The notes below the pieces were generated by a model, which was given only the letters and a program-made list of their open reading frames with translations, searched no databases and was not told the origin of the DNA. A stretch of DNA of 48,467 bases from an uncultured Bacilli bacterium (GTDB taxonomy: Bacteria > Bacillota_I > Bacilli_A > RF39 > UBA660). Location of the stretch: assembly GCA_947629075.1 (NCBI GenBank), contig CANRCI010000001.1:1-48467 (forward strand). The letters run 5' to 3'. This document shows, in pieces, positions 16,788 through 26,534 of this stretch. The position numbers were made by a program, and so were the translations under genes. The first letter of the stretch is position 1; each line of letters begins with the position of its first letter.

Positions 16788-16797
16788 GGTAGTAAAC

Positions 16798-17250
16798 ATG
16801 GAAAAAAAGTTAAAAAAATATTATCGTCTTATAAGAGAAATATATACTGATTATAAAGAGGTCATCAATTACTTGATAGTTGGTGTTTTGACCACTGTAG
16901 TTAGTATCGTCTCTTTTGCTATATTTCAAAATTTTGCATTAGGTTTTAGTCTTTTTGGTCTAACAGTAAAAAAGTATATGGTTTCAACAGTTCTATCTTG
17001 GATTGTTGCCGTTTTATTCGCCTATGTAACTAACAGAAAATTTGTCTTTGAAAGTCATTCTAAGAAAGTTGTTTCCGAATTTATCAAATTTGTCACAGCT
17101 CGTATTATGTCTTTATTGGCTGAAATTGTATGTATGTACATTTTGATCGATTTGATGCATAGTGATGAGATGATTGCTAAAATATTAGTTCAAGTTTTAA
17201 TAATAGTATTAAATTATGTCTTTAGTAAATTGTTCGTCTTTAAAAAATAA
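16798..17250 (+). CDS. GtrA-family membrane protein
   Basis: ~150 aa with four hydrophobic helices and the YLIVGVLTTVVSIVSF.. pattern. GAGGTAG SD before ATG16798. Confidence 0.65.
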   Translation: MEKKLKKYYRLIREIYTDYKEVINYLIVGVLTTVVSIVSFAIFQNFALGFSLFGLTVKKYMVSTVLSWIVAVLFAYVTNRKFVFESHSKKVVSEFIKFVTARIMSLLAEIVCMYILIDLMHSDEMIAKILVQVLIIVLNYVFSKLFVFKK

Positions 17251-17304
17251 GTAGTAAAATAACAAATAATTTTATATAATTATTTATATAGTTGGGGTGA
17301 ATTT

Positions 17305-17541
17305 ATGAAATACGAAATTGGAAGGGTAGTAAAGGTTCAAAATAGAGATTATCTAATAGTCAGTAAACTAGAGGATGAAGGCATTTATTATGTATATTTA
17401 ATGAGTGTTGACCAGCCGATTTCGGTCCTTATTGCTCGTGAAAATGTTAAAAGCCCTAGACTTATTGAAATTGAGGTTTTGGATGACGCTTCCAAATTTC
17501 AAGAGATTTATGAAAAATTTGTTGAGAATGCTAGTAAATAA
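17305..17541 (+). CDS. Small hypothetical protein (78 aa)
   Basis: GGGGTGA SD. A strong terminator follows. Confidence 0.5.
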   Translation: MKYEIGRVVKVQNRDYLIVSKLEDEGIYYVYLMSVDQPISVLIARENVKSPRLIEIEVLDDASKFQEIYEKFVENASK

Positions 17542-17562
17542 AGCTGGTGTAAATAATGGTTT

Positions 17563-17600
17563 AAGATATGACAATATCGTTTAAAGTCATATCTTTTTTT
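17563..17600 (+). terminator. Rho-independent terminator
   Basis: AAGATATGAC / GTCATATCTT 10-bp stem, 13-nt loop, T tract. It overlaps the ORF-track start at 17599. Confidence 0.75.
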
Positions 17601-17637
17601 GATGGTTCGTGCTATAATTTTTTATGTGGGTGATATT

Positions 17638-18660
17638 GTGAAAAGTATATACGATATGACTTTCAGGGGATTAGAAGAATACTTTTTAAAACTGGGTGAA
17701 AAGAAATATAAAGCTGTTCAAGTATTTGAGTGGATTTATGGTAAAAGGATATCTTCTTTTGATGAAATGTCGAATATTAAAAAAAGTGTTATCGATAATT
17801 TGAAAAAAGATTTTACGATCGGCAAATTAAAACCTGTTAAAGTGGAACGAGATGAATTAGTTAATAAATATTTATTCAATTTAGAAGATGGTGAACGTAT
17901 TGAAAGTGTTTTGATGCGTCATGATTATGGACTTAGTATCTGTATTTCTAGTCAAGTAGGATGTAATATGGGGTGTAAGTTTTGCGAAAGTGGACGCTTA
18001 AAAAAAGTTAGAAATCTAAAAACGAGTGAGATGATTCTCCAGATAATGGCTGTTGAAGAGGATCTACACGAACGAATTAGTCATGTCGTAATTATGGGAA
18101 TTGGTGAACCTTTTGATAACTTTGACAATTTTAAAGACTTTGTCGAAATTATTAATCATCCTAAGGCTTTGGCGATTGGAAGTCGTCACATTACTGTATC
18201 TACTTGTGGTATAATTCCTAAAATAAAAGAGTTTATGGAATTTCCTTATCAGGTCAATTTAGCAATCAGTTTACATGCTCCATCCGATGAGATAAGAAAT
18301 AAAATAATGCCAATTAATAAAGTTTATCCCCTAGATCAACTCATTCAAGTTTTAAAAGAATATATTAAAACTACTAATCGTCGTGTTACTTTTGAATATA
18401 TTTTGTTAAAGGGAGTTAATGACAGCATAGAATGCGCTAATGAACTATGTGATTTAGTTAGAGGTATGAATTGTTATATAAATTTGATTCCTTATAATGA
18501 AACTAATAATATTGATTTTAAACGCAGTAAAAAGGATACTATTTCTAGGTTTTATGATATAATTAAAAAAAGAAAAATAAACGTGACCATAAGAAGAGAA
18601 TTTGGTGGTAATATAAGTGCTGCTTGTGGACAACTTAGAAGCGAGAAGGAGGATTTATGA
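17638..18660 (+). CDS. rlmN: 23S rRNA/tRNA adenine-C2 methyltransferase RlmN (radical SAM)
   Basis: CNMGCKFCESG cluster motif, MGIGEP, and the conserved C-terminal GQL Cys region. Start is GTG17638 or ATG17656, downstream of TGcTATAAT (17610-17618). Confidence 0.9.
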   Translation: MKSIYDMTFRGLEEYFLKLGEKKYKAVQVFEWIYGKRISSFDEMSNIKKSVIDNLKKDFTIGKLKPVKVERDELVNKYLFNLEDGERIESVLMRHDYGLSICISSQVGCNMGCKFCESGRLKKVRNLKTSEMILQIMAVEEDLHERISHVVIMGIGEPFDNFDNFKDFVEIINHPKALAIGSRHITVSTCGIIPKIKEFMEFPYQVNLAISLHAPSDEIRNKIMPINKVYPLDQLIQVLKEYIKTTNRRVTFEYILLKGVNDSIECANELCDLVRGMNCYINLIPYNETNNIDFKRSKKDTISRFYDIIKKRKINVTIRREFGGNISAACGQLRSEKEDL

Positions 18661-19382
18661 AATCATTCTATTTAACGGATACCGGGAAAGTTAGAAGTCA
18701 TAATGAAGATAGTGTAATAATATTGAAGAATAAAGATAATGAATATCTTTTGGCAGTTGCTGATGGAATGGGAGGTCATCGTGCTGGTGAAGTAGCATCA
18801 TCTATTGCTATTACCCATTTGAGTAAATGTTTTAATGAAACGTTCAGCAATTTAGATAAAGTTAAAGCAGTTAATTGGCTTCGTGAGATTTCTTTTGAGA
18901 TAAACGAATTAATCTTTGATCATGTCAGTAAAAATCCTGAAAGTAAAGGAATGGGTACTACTCTAGTAGTGGCGATAGTTACTAAGAGTTATATTTTATT
19001 CGGTAATATCGGTGATTCCAGTGGTTTTGTAATGAAAGATGATAAACTTCATAAAGTTACTTATGACCATACTTTAGTAAATTTACTTTTAAAAGCGGGA
19101 GAACTTACTGAAGAAGAAGCTAAAGATCATCCGAAGAAAAATGTTCTTATGAAAGCTCTAGGAGCGAATGATCCAATTGATATTGACATATTTGATTGTG
19201 ATATGAATATATCATCTATTCTTTTATGTAGTGATGGACTTACCAATATGCTTAATGAAGAACAGATTCAAAAAGTATTGTTAAGTGATTTAGATATCGA
19301 AGATAAAGTAATTAAATTGATAGTTAAGAGTAATAATCGTGGTGGTACTGATAATATATCAGTCGCTTATCTTGAATTTTAA
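18657..19382 (+). CDS. stp: PP2C-family Ser/Thr phosphatase
   Basis: ADGMGGHRAGEVAS, LCSDGL and GGTDNIS motifs. Overlaps the rlmN stop (ATGA). Confidence 0.9.
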   Translation: MKSFYLTDTGKVRSHNEDSVIILKNKDNEYLLAVADGMGGHRAGEVASSIAITHLSKCFNETFSNLDKVKAVNWLREISFEINELIFDHVSKNPESKGMGTTLVVAIVTKSYILFGNIGDSSGFVMKDDKLHKVTYDHTLVNLLLKAGELTEEEAKDHPKKNVLMKALGANDPIDIDIFDCDMNISSILLCSDGLTNMLNEEQIQKVLLSDLDIEDKVIKLIVKSNNRGGTDNISVAYLEF

Positions 19383-19405
19383 ATTAGTTTAGAAAGAGAT
19401 TGGTG

Positions 19406-21199
19406 ATGACATTGATAACGAAGGGGCAAAAAATTAACGATAGATATGAAATAATTAAAAGTATTGGTGAAGGTGGTATGGCTAATGTCTATCTAGCTAA
19501 GGATATAATACTAGATAGAAAAGTAGCTATTAAAGTCTTAAGAGGAGATCTCGCTAACGATGAGAAGTTTATTCGTCGTTTTCAAAGAGAAGCTCTATCA
19601 GCATCATCACTTTCCCATCCCAATATTGTCGAGATGTACGATGTAGGGGAGGACCACGGTAATCACTACATCGTCATGGAATACGTTGAAGGAAAAACGT
19701 TAAAACAACTTTTAAAGAAACGTGGGCATTTAACAGTTGGTGAAGCTGTCGATATAATGTTACAACTTTCTGATGGGATTGCTCATGCCCATGAAAGTTA
19801 TATTATCCACCGCGATTTAAAACCACAAAACATCATGATTCAGGAGAATGGTCAAATTAAAATAACTGATTTCGGAATAGCAATGGCCATGAATTCAACC
19901 CAGCTTACTCAGACTAATTCAGTAATGGGAAGTGTTCACTATTTACCACCAGAACAAGCTAGTGGTAAAGGTTCGACGATTAAGTGCGATATCTATTCAA
20001 TGGGTATTTTGTTTTATGAATTATTGACAGGAATCCTACCTTTTAAAGGGGATAATGCAGTAGAGATTGCCCTTAAGCATATGAAAGAACCGATTCCTAG
20101 TATTAGAAAACAGAATCCTGCTATCCCTCAAAGTATTGAGAATATAATTTTAAAAGCAACAGCTAAAAATCCTAAAAATAGATATAACGATGTCAAAGAA
20201 ATGTATCGTGACTTATCAGTAGCGCTAGATGAAGATGTCAAAAATCAAGAAAAGATTCGTTATAAATATCCTGAAATGGAGTTTGACGAAACTAAAGATA
20301 TGATTCCTACGATGAAACCTAAGAAAAGAGAAACTAAAGAAGAGGAAGAGATAGTTAAAGAGATTCCAAAAGAGACTAAAAAGAAGAAAAAACTTAGTAA
20401 AAATGCTAAAATTATTATCACTTTAAGTGTTATTTTAGCCTTATTGGTTATCGGTCTTGGAGTTTATGCAGTATCAACTCTTTTTAAAGAGGAAGAGGAA
20501 ATAAAGATTCAAGATGTGTCGGGGATGAGTGTCGATGATGCGATTGAAGTGCTTAGAAATCAGGGGTTGGAGGTCAATCCAGAGACTGAAAAGATCGCTT
20601 CTAGTGAATATGAAGCTGGTAAAGTTGTCAGAACTGATCCGATGGCTAATCGCTATGTCAAGAAAGGACGTACGATTACTATTTGGGAATCGATTGGTGA
20701 GGAGACTTTTGATCTCGAAGATTATGTCGGTAAAAACTATTTAGAGATTAAAGGTAATTTGGAAGGTGCTTATAAAGTAACGGTTAATATCGTCAAAAAA
20801 GAAGTCGATGATTTGGATGGAATTGATGAGTATACAATTCTAGAACAGTCACCAAAAGCTGGTACGGAAATTAGAGAGGGAGATACGATTACTTTCTATG
20901 TACCAGATCTATATGAAAAATATCCTGATTTTGTAAATGATGGATGGACTGTTGAGCAAGTTGAGGAGTTCTGTGAGAAATATAATCTCAACTTACTTAA
21001 AACCGAAGAAGATACGACTAATTATAAAGATGGGGCGATTATCTATCAAAGACCAGTAGCGGGTAGTAAGATTGAATCTAACACAACGGTCAGAATTACT
21101 ATCGCTAGAACACCACCAGTGAATGATACTGAAAATCCAGAAGTTTTACCGAATAGTGATGGAAATACTTCGGGTGATAACAATAATCAAACGCCGTAA
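19406..21199 (+). CDS. prkC: Hanks-type Ser/Thr kinase with a TM segment and extracellular PASTA repeats
   Basis: GEGGMANVY, AIK, HRDLKPQN, DFG and PPE motifs; TM at ~aa 340-360; three PASTA-like repeats. Confidence 0.9.
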   Translation: MTLITKGQKINDRYEIIKSIGEGGMANVYLAKDIILDRKVAIKVLRGDLANDEKFIRRFQREALSASSLSHPNIVEMYDVGEDHGNHYIVMEYVEGKTLKQLLKKRGHLTVGEAVDIMLQLSDGIAHAHESYIIHRDLKPQNIMIQENGQIKITDFGIAMAMNSTQLTQTNSVMGSVHYLPPEQASGKGSTIKCDIYSMGILFYELLTGILPFKGDNAVEIALKHMKEPIPSIRKQNPAIPQSIENIILKATAKNPKNRYNDVKEMYRDLSVALDEDVKNQEKIRYKYPEMEFDETKDMIPTMKPKKRETKEEEEIVKEIPKETKKKKKLSKNAKIIITLSVILALLVIGLGVYAVSTLFKEEEEIKIQDVSGMSVDDAIEVLRNQGLEVNPETEKIASSEYEAGKVVRTDPMANRYVKKGRTITIWESIGEETFDLEDYVGKNYLEIKGNLEGAYKVTVNIVKKEVDDLDGIDEYTILEQSPKAGTEIREGDTITFYVPDLYEKYPDFVNDGWTVEQVEEFCEKYNLNLLKTEEDTTNYKDGAIIYQRPVAGSKIESNTTVRITIARTPPVNDTENPEVLPNSDGNTSGDNNNQTP

Positions 21200-21208
21200 G
21201 GGGGAATT

Positions 21209-22048
21209 ATGAAGGGACAAATTGTTAAAATAATTAGTAATCTATATACCGTTAATTGTGATGGCATCAAATATGATTGTCACAGTCGTGGTAAGTTTCG
21301 CAAGAACAATTTAACACCGGTAGTTGGGGATTACGTAATTATAGATGCAGAGAATAATTACATATTAGAGATTTTAGAACGAAAAAATTATTTGATTCGT
21401 CCCTTTGTTGCGAATGTCGATCAAGGACTTTTAGTAACTAGTCTAAAGTCACCTGATTTTTCGACTAATCTTTTGGATAAGTTATTGTGCATTATGGAAA
21501 TAAATGATATTGAACCAATTATTTGTCTTACCAAAATGGATCTTTTGAACGAAGATGAAAAAGAAAAACTTTTAGAAGTAGTGGCATATTATCAAAAAAT
21601 TGGTTATAAGGTTTTCAATAACGATAATCTGTCGGCGGTAAAGAAAATATTTAAAGGAAAGACAACTGTGTTTACTGGTCAGACAGGAGCAGGGAAGTCA
21701 ACCCTTTTAAATAAGTTAGATGAGACGCTGGATTTGGAAACAGGAGAAATATCTAAAGCACTAGGACGTGGCAAACACACGACTAGACATGTCGAGTTAC
21801 ACGAATTGTTTGGTGGAAAAGTTTTGGATACCCCAGGATTTTCAAGTCTCGATTTCAATGATTTTACTAAAGAAGAAGTCAGGGATAGTTTTAAGGAATT
21901 TGGTGAAGTTCCCTGTAAGTTTCACGATTGTATGCATATAAATGAACGAGACTGTAATGTCAAAGCTCGTGTGTTAAGTGGTGACATTCTCGAGTCTCGT
22001 TATGAAAATTATAAAAAAATATTAGATAGTATAGGAAAGAAATGGTGA
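21209..22048 (+). CDS. rsgA: Ribosome small-subunit-dependent GTPase A
   Basis: Circularly permuted GTPase (LTKMDL then GQTGAGKST) with a C-terminal Cys/His zinc motif. Confidence 0.9.
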   Translation: MKGQIVKIISNLYTVNCDGIKYDCHSRGKFRKNNLTPVVGDYVIIDAENNYILEILERKNYLIRPFVANVDQGLLVTSLKSPDFSTNLLDKLLCIMEINDIEPIICLTKMDLLNEDEKEKLLEVVAYYQKIGYKVFNNDNLSAVKKIFKGKTTVFTGQTGAGKSTLLNKLDETLDLETGEISKALGRGKHTTRHVELHELFGGKVLDTPGFSSLDFNDFTKEEVRDSFKEFGEVPCKFHDCMHINERDCNVKARVLSGDILESRYENYKKILDSIGKKW

Positions 22049-22052
22049 TTTT

Positions 22053-22673
22053 ATGAAAAAAATATCAGTCTCGTTTTTAAGCAGTAAAGACATAAGTAAG
22101 GATTTGATGCTTTTGAATTCTACTGATACCGATTACATTCATGTCGATGTAATGGATGGAAAGTTTGTACCTGCTAAATTTGATCCGATCAAGAAGTTGA
22201 GTAAATTAGCTAATGTAGTTACCAAGAGATTGGATGTTCATCTAATGGTTAAAAAACCTACTAAATACATTTTAAAATATGCTTTACTAAATACAGAGTA
22301 CATTACTGTTCATGTAGAAATCGATAATGTTTTGGAGTGTTTAGATCTGATTAAGTCCTATGGTATAAAATGTGGTTTAGCAATTAATCCCGATACACCA
22401 GTTGAAGTTTTAGAGGAATATTTAGATGAGATAGATGGAATTACTCTTATGAGTGTTTATCCTGGTAAAGGTGGTCAAGCTTTTTTAGAGGATTCAGTTA
22501 GTCGTCTTAAAAAATTAAAAAAGATGATCGGTAAACGTAAGATTGAAATCACTATTGATGGTGGTATTAATGATGAAACTAAGACTAAAGCTAAGCAAGC
22601 TGATATCTTAGTAAGTGGTAGTTACGTTCTCAACAATTTAGATTTTCAACATCAGATAGATACTTTGCGATGA
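22053..22673 (+). CDS. rpe: Ribulose-phosphate 3-epimerase
   Basis: HVDVMDGKFVP, HLMV and SVYPGKGGQAF motifs. Synteny follows rsgA as in Bacillus. Confidence 0.8.
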   Translation: MKKISVSFLSSKDISKDLMLLNSTDTDYIHVDVMDGKFVPAKFDPIKKLSKLANVVTKRLDVHLMVKKPTKYILKYALLNTEYITVHVEIDNVLECLDLIKSYGIKCGLAINPDTPVEVLEEYLDEIDGITLMSVYPGKGGQAFLEDSVSRLKKLKKMIGKRKIEITIDGGINDETKTKAKQADILVSGSYVLNNLDFQHQIDTLR

Positions 22674-23305
22674 AAAAATATTTAATATTTAGTCTTGCTT
22701 TTCTAATACTTCTAACCGGGTGTGATTTTAATTATAAAGTAAAAATCGATACATCTTCTAAAGAGGATGATGAAATAGTTGAGGAAGAAGAGAAGATAGA
22801 AGAGAAAGTTGAACATCAAGGGAAAAAATCTTCAAAAGATGAACCGCTTAAGATTAATGAAGTGGGTCTTGCTAGTAAGTATAGTGTTAAAGAAGAAAAA
22901 TATGATGATGTCGATGTCAAAGTAGTTGAGAATAAAAAAATTGATTTTGATAATGAAGATGTAAAAAAATATATTGAGAAAGAAAATGTTGAAATAGAGA
23001 GTAAGAGTGGTTATAAATTGATCATGACAACTATCGACGTTACGCTGGTCGATTTTAAGACCGAATCGTTTGGTAGTGATGTCGAAGTAAATACAGAAAT
23101 TTTAGATGAGAAGAGTAATCCAATTGTTGTAAATGGGGTGAAACAATTTATCGATGCCTATGCTATAGATAAGGGTAATGGTAAATTTGAAGGGGAAACT
23201 GGTACTTTAAAAATCGTTTATCAAATACCTAATGATGTCAATAGTTATATGATTAAGTTAGGAGCAGTTGGAAATACTCAGGCATATATCAAATTGAGTT
23301 TATAG
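22670..23305 (+). CDS. Lipoprotein, function unknown
   Basis: Lipobox LLTGC after a hydrophobic signal peptide, then an acidic linker. Confidence 0.6.
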   Translation: MKKYLIFSLAFLILLTGCDFNYKVKIDTSSKEDDEIVEEEEKIEEKVEHQGKKSSKDEPLKINEVGLASKYSVKEEKYDDVDVKVVENKKIDFDNEDVKKYIEKENVEIESKSGYKLIMTTIDVTLVDFKTESFGSDVEVNTEILDEKSNPIVVNGVKQFIDAYAIDKGNGKFEGETGTLKIVYQIPNDVNSYMIKLGAVGNTQAYIKLSL

Positions 23306-23329
23306 AAAGGATAATCCTTTCTTTTTTTT
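23305..23329 (+). terminator. Rho-independent terminator
   Basis: GAAAGGA / TCCTTTC stem, 3-nt loop, T8 tract. Confidence 0.7.
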
Positions 23330-23369
23330 GTTTGTCATTTGTAGTATAATTAGTAATAGGTGATTTTAG

Positions 23370-24497
23370 ATGATATATTTAGATTATTCAGCAACGACAC
23401 CAGTAGATAGAGAAGTATTAAAAAGCTTTGATCGAGCAGCTTTAGAGTTTATTGGTAATCCTAATTCATTGCACAAATTGGGAGTTGAGGCGAACAAATT
23501 GATCAGTAGTGCCACTTCTCAGGTAGCAGAGATATTAGGAGTTAAAAAAAGTGAAATAATTTATACCAGTGGAGCAAGTGAATCGAATAATTTAGCTCTT
23601 AAAGGTATTTGTTATAAATATAAAAATCGTGGTAAACACATCATTACTACTGACTTTGAACATTCTTCAATCTATGGACCATTTAACTTTTTACAAGAAG
23701 AGGGATTTGAGGTCGATTTCGTCAAGACGGATAAAGATGGAAAAGTCGATTTAGATGATTTGAAAAGACTGTTGCGCGATGATACGATTTTAGTTAGCAT
23801 TACAGCTGTTAACAGTGAAATTGGTATCATGGAACCCATTTATGAAATTGGTGAGATTTTAAAAGACTATCCAAAATGTTTTTATCATGTCGATATGACT
23901 CAGTTGATTACGAAAAAGAAAATCGATTTTACCAATATCGATTTAGCTAGTTTTTCGGCCCATAAATTTTTTGGACTTAAAGGAATTGGCGTACTAGTAA
24001 AAAAAGAAAAAATAAATTTAGAGCCGATTATTCACGGTGGTAAAAGTACTACCATTTATCGAAGTGGAACTCCCGCTCTTCCTCTAATCGTATCGCTTGC
24101 TAAAGCTCTTCGCCTTGCTTGTTGTGATTACGATCAAAGATATAATTATGTATCTAAATTGAATAAAAAAATGCGAGATAAATTGAAGACTTATGAAAAG
24201 GTTAGGATCAACAGTCCGGAAGATGGGCTTCCTTACATTTTAAACATTAGCATTTTAGGATGTAAACCGGAGACTGTTTTACACGCTTTAGAAGAAAAAG
24301 AGGTATACATTTCAACTCAGACGGCATGTTCATCTAATACGACTTTATCACAAGCAGTTTTTGCTCTTACTAAAGATAAGGATAGAGCATCTTCTTCAGT
24401 AAGAATCAGTATCTCTTATAAGACAACGGAAAAAGAAATTGATGAATTTTTAAAAATCTTTGATGATTGTTATAATCATTTGACGAATTTGAGGTGA
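23370..24497 (+). CDS. Cysteine desulfurase (class V aminotransferase, NifS/IscS-like)
   Basis: SGASESNN, SFSAHKFFGLKG (PLP lysine), GTP.. and QTACSS (active-site Cys loop). Confidence 0.85.
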   Translation: MIYLDYSATTPVDREVLKSFDRAALEFIGNPNSLHKLGVEANKLISSATSQVAEILGVKKSEIIYTSGASESNNLALKGICYKYKNRGKHIITTDFEHSSIYGPFNFLQEEGFEVDFVKTDKDGKVDLDDLKRLLRDDTILVSITAVNSEIGIMEPIYEIGEILKDYPKCFYHVDMTQLITKKKIDFTNIDLASFSAHKFFGLKGIGVLVKKEKINLEPIIHGGKSTTIYRSGTPALPLIVSLAKALRLACCDYDQRYNYVSKLNKKMRDKLKTYEKVRINSPEDGLPYILNISILGCKPETVLHALEEKEVYISTQTACSSNTTLSQAVFALTKDKDRASSSVRISISYKTTEKEIDEFLKIFDDCYNHLTNLR

Positions 24498-24501
24498 TAT
24501 T

Positions 24502-24762
24502 TTGGAAATTGTAAAGATAAGTGCTATTTGGTGTGGTGGTTGCTTAAAGACGAATAAGGCTATAAAAAAAGTAAAAGAAAATTATAAAGATATCACTATT
24601 TCCAATTTAGATTACGATATGGATGAAGAAAAAGTAGCGCCTTTAAATGTAGGAGAAATACTTCCGGTAATGATTTTTTATAAAGATGGGAAGGAAGTTG
24701 CAAGACTTATTGGTGAGAAAAATTATGACGAAATAGTGGAGGTAATAAAGAGACATGTCTAA
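24502..24762 (+). CDS. Small thioredoxin-fold protein with a WCGGC motif
   Basis: 86 aa, ISAIWCGGCLK. TTG start. Confidence 0.6.
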   Translation: MEIVKISAIWCGGCLKTNKAIKKVKENYKDITISNLDYDMDEEKVAPLNVGEILPVMIFYKDGKEVARLIGEKNYDEIVEVIKRHV

Positions 24763-25972
24763 ACTTAACAAGATAATTATCACAATTTTTCTCTTGTTCT
24801 TAATCTTTTTACCAACTAATATTTTTGCTTTAAGTTCTGATTATAAAGATGTCGTTCACGAAATAGTTGGTGAAAAAGAAGTAAAAGATAAGGTAACGAT
24901 CTATTTTTTCCACGGTTATAGTTGTCCCCATTGTAAAGAGGAAACTGGTTTTTTAGATCAACTTGAAAAGAAGTATGATGGAAAAATTTTAATTCGTAAA
25001 TACGAGACTTGGAAAGAAGAAAATAAACAGAATGCCAAATGGGCTAATGAGGTTCGTCATCATTTCGGTATAACGAGAGAGGGAGTACCACTTACCGTTG
25101 TCGGTGAAAAGTATTACTCTGGTTATTCCGATGTCATTGGTTATAGAATTGAAAAACAAATAGATCTGTACTTAGCTGAAGAAGAGAGTGATGACGACCA
25201 AGAAAAGACGATTGTCGAATCTAATAAATATAAAATTCCGATATTGGGAGAGATAGATGTCACTAAAGCATCAATATTCTTAATCGCTGTTGTACTAGGA
25301 TTTATCGATGGCTTTAATCCTTGTGCTATGTGGGTTCTTCTATTCATTATCAATATGTTATTGGGAATGGAAGATAAAAAGAAAATGTTCATTTTAGGGT
25401 TTGCTTTCTTATTTACCAGTGCTTTTATATATTTTCTATCGATGTTAGGAATTAGTTTTGTCCTAGGAAACTTTACTGGTGTTTTACGATCTCTAATCGG
25501 AGTTGTCGGTATTGTTTTGGGATCTGTTCAGCTGTATAACTATTACCAAACTAGGAATCGTGAAGATGGATGTGTTGTAGTAGATAAGAAAAAGCGCAAA
25601 AACATCACTCGTAAAATTACTTCGATTAAGGAATCACGAAATTTCTTCTTAGCACTAATCGGGGTTATCTCTCTTGCGGTATCGGTCAATCTAGTGGAAC
25701 TTGCTTGTTCCTTAGGTTTTCCTGCTACCTTTAGTGAGATTCTTACTATTAACAATGTCGATTTGATCATGCGAATTGTCTATTTGCTAATCTATGTCTT
25801 CATGTATATGCTCGATGATATAGTTGTCTTCATCATATCGATGTCAACTCTTTCATTAGTAGGTATGACGACTAAATACAATAAACTTGTAAAACTGATC
25901 GGTGGAATTATTATGATTCTGATGGGAATTCTTTTGATATTTAAACCGGAATGGATAATGTTAAGATTTTAA
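24755..25972 (+). CDS. Fusion of an extracytoplasmic thioredoxin-like domain (CPHC) and a CcdA/DsbD-like membrane domain
   Basis: Signal anchor; FFHGYSCPHCKEE; then six or more hydrophobic helices, with FNPCAMW in the first. Confidence 0.6.
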   Translation: MSKLNKIIITIFLLFLIFLPTNIFALSSDYKDVVHEIVGEKEVKDKVTIYFFHGYSCPHCKEETGFLDQLEKKYDGKILIRKYETWKEENKQNAKWANEVRHHFGITREGVPLTVVGEKYYSGYSDVIGYRIEKQIDLYLAEEESDDDQEKTIVESNKYKIPILGEIDVTKASIFLIAVVLGFIDGFNPCAMWVLLFIINMLLGMEDKKKMFILGFAFLFTSAFIYFLSMLGISFVLGNFTGVLRSLIGVVGIVLGSVQLYNYYQTRNREDGCVVVDKKKRKNITRKITSIKESRNFFLALIGVISLAVSVNLVELACSLGFPATFSEILTINNVDLIMRIVYLLIYVFMYMLDDIVVFIISMSTLSLVGMTTKYNKLVKLIGGIIMILMGILLIFKPEWIMLRF

Positions 25973-25995
25973 AGAAACGTAAGTTTCTTTTTTTT
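25971..25995 (+). terminator. Rho-independent terminator
   Basis: AAAGAAAC / GTTTCTTT stem, 4-nt loop, T tract. Confidence 0.7.
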
Positions 25996-26051
25996 ATCAT
26001 TTTTCGACATAATTTGCTAGATGTCGATTTTAAAATATAATTGGTGATGTT

Positions 26052-26492
26052 ATGAGAAAGAATTTTATAATACCTATGTTGTTGGCAATACTGATTGGTT
26101 TCTTTTCAGCGAAGTTTGTCTTTGTCGAAAAGACAGAACGAGAAGAAGATTATTACAATGCTTATTTTTTACAACAAGGTGTGTATACTAATAGAGATGT
26201 CATAGATAAATATATCAAAGATAGAAATGCGATCGTGTTGAAAGAGGATAATAAATATTATGTCTATTTAGGAGTTACAACCGATAGAGATAATGCTTCT
26301 AAACTAAAAAAGATATATGACTCTAATAATCAAGAATTGTATATCAAAAAGACTAAGATCGATGATATTGAATTTTTAAAAAATTTAGAACAGTACGACA
26401 TTCTTTTATCTTCAGCTGAAAAAGCAGACGATGTCAAATCGATAAATAAAGCAATTATTTCTAGTTATCAAGAAATGGTAAACAACAATTAG
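26052..26492 (+). CDS. Membrane-anchored protein with a possible SPOR-like domain
   Basis: N-terminal TM. YFLQQGVYTNRD..YYVYLGVTTDRDNASKLKKIY resembles the SPOR beta-alpha-beta pattern. Confidence 0.4.
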   Translation: MRKNFIIPMLLAILIGFFSAKFVFVEKTEREEDYYNAYFLQQGVYTNRDVIDKYIKDRNAIVLKEDNKYYVYLGVTTDRDNASKLKKIYDSNNQELYIKKTKIDDIEFLKNLEQYDILLSSAEKADDVKSINKAIISSYQEMVNNN

Positions 26493-26534
26493 GAAATCAA
26501 TTACTAGGAAAGTAATAATAAAAGTGGTGATGTT

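Noticed and set aside
22671-22673. Possibility of a Mollicutes-type genetic code (UGA = Trp), given the AT-richness.
   Set aside because: Conserved genes end at full length on TGA (rpe at 22671-22673, rlmN at 18658-18660). Translating with the standard code gives uninterrupted, motif-complete proteins throughout.
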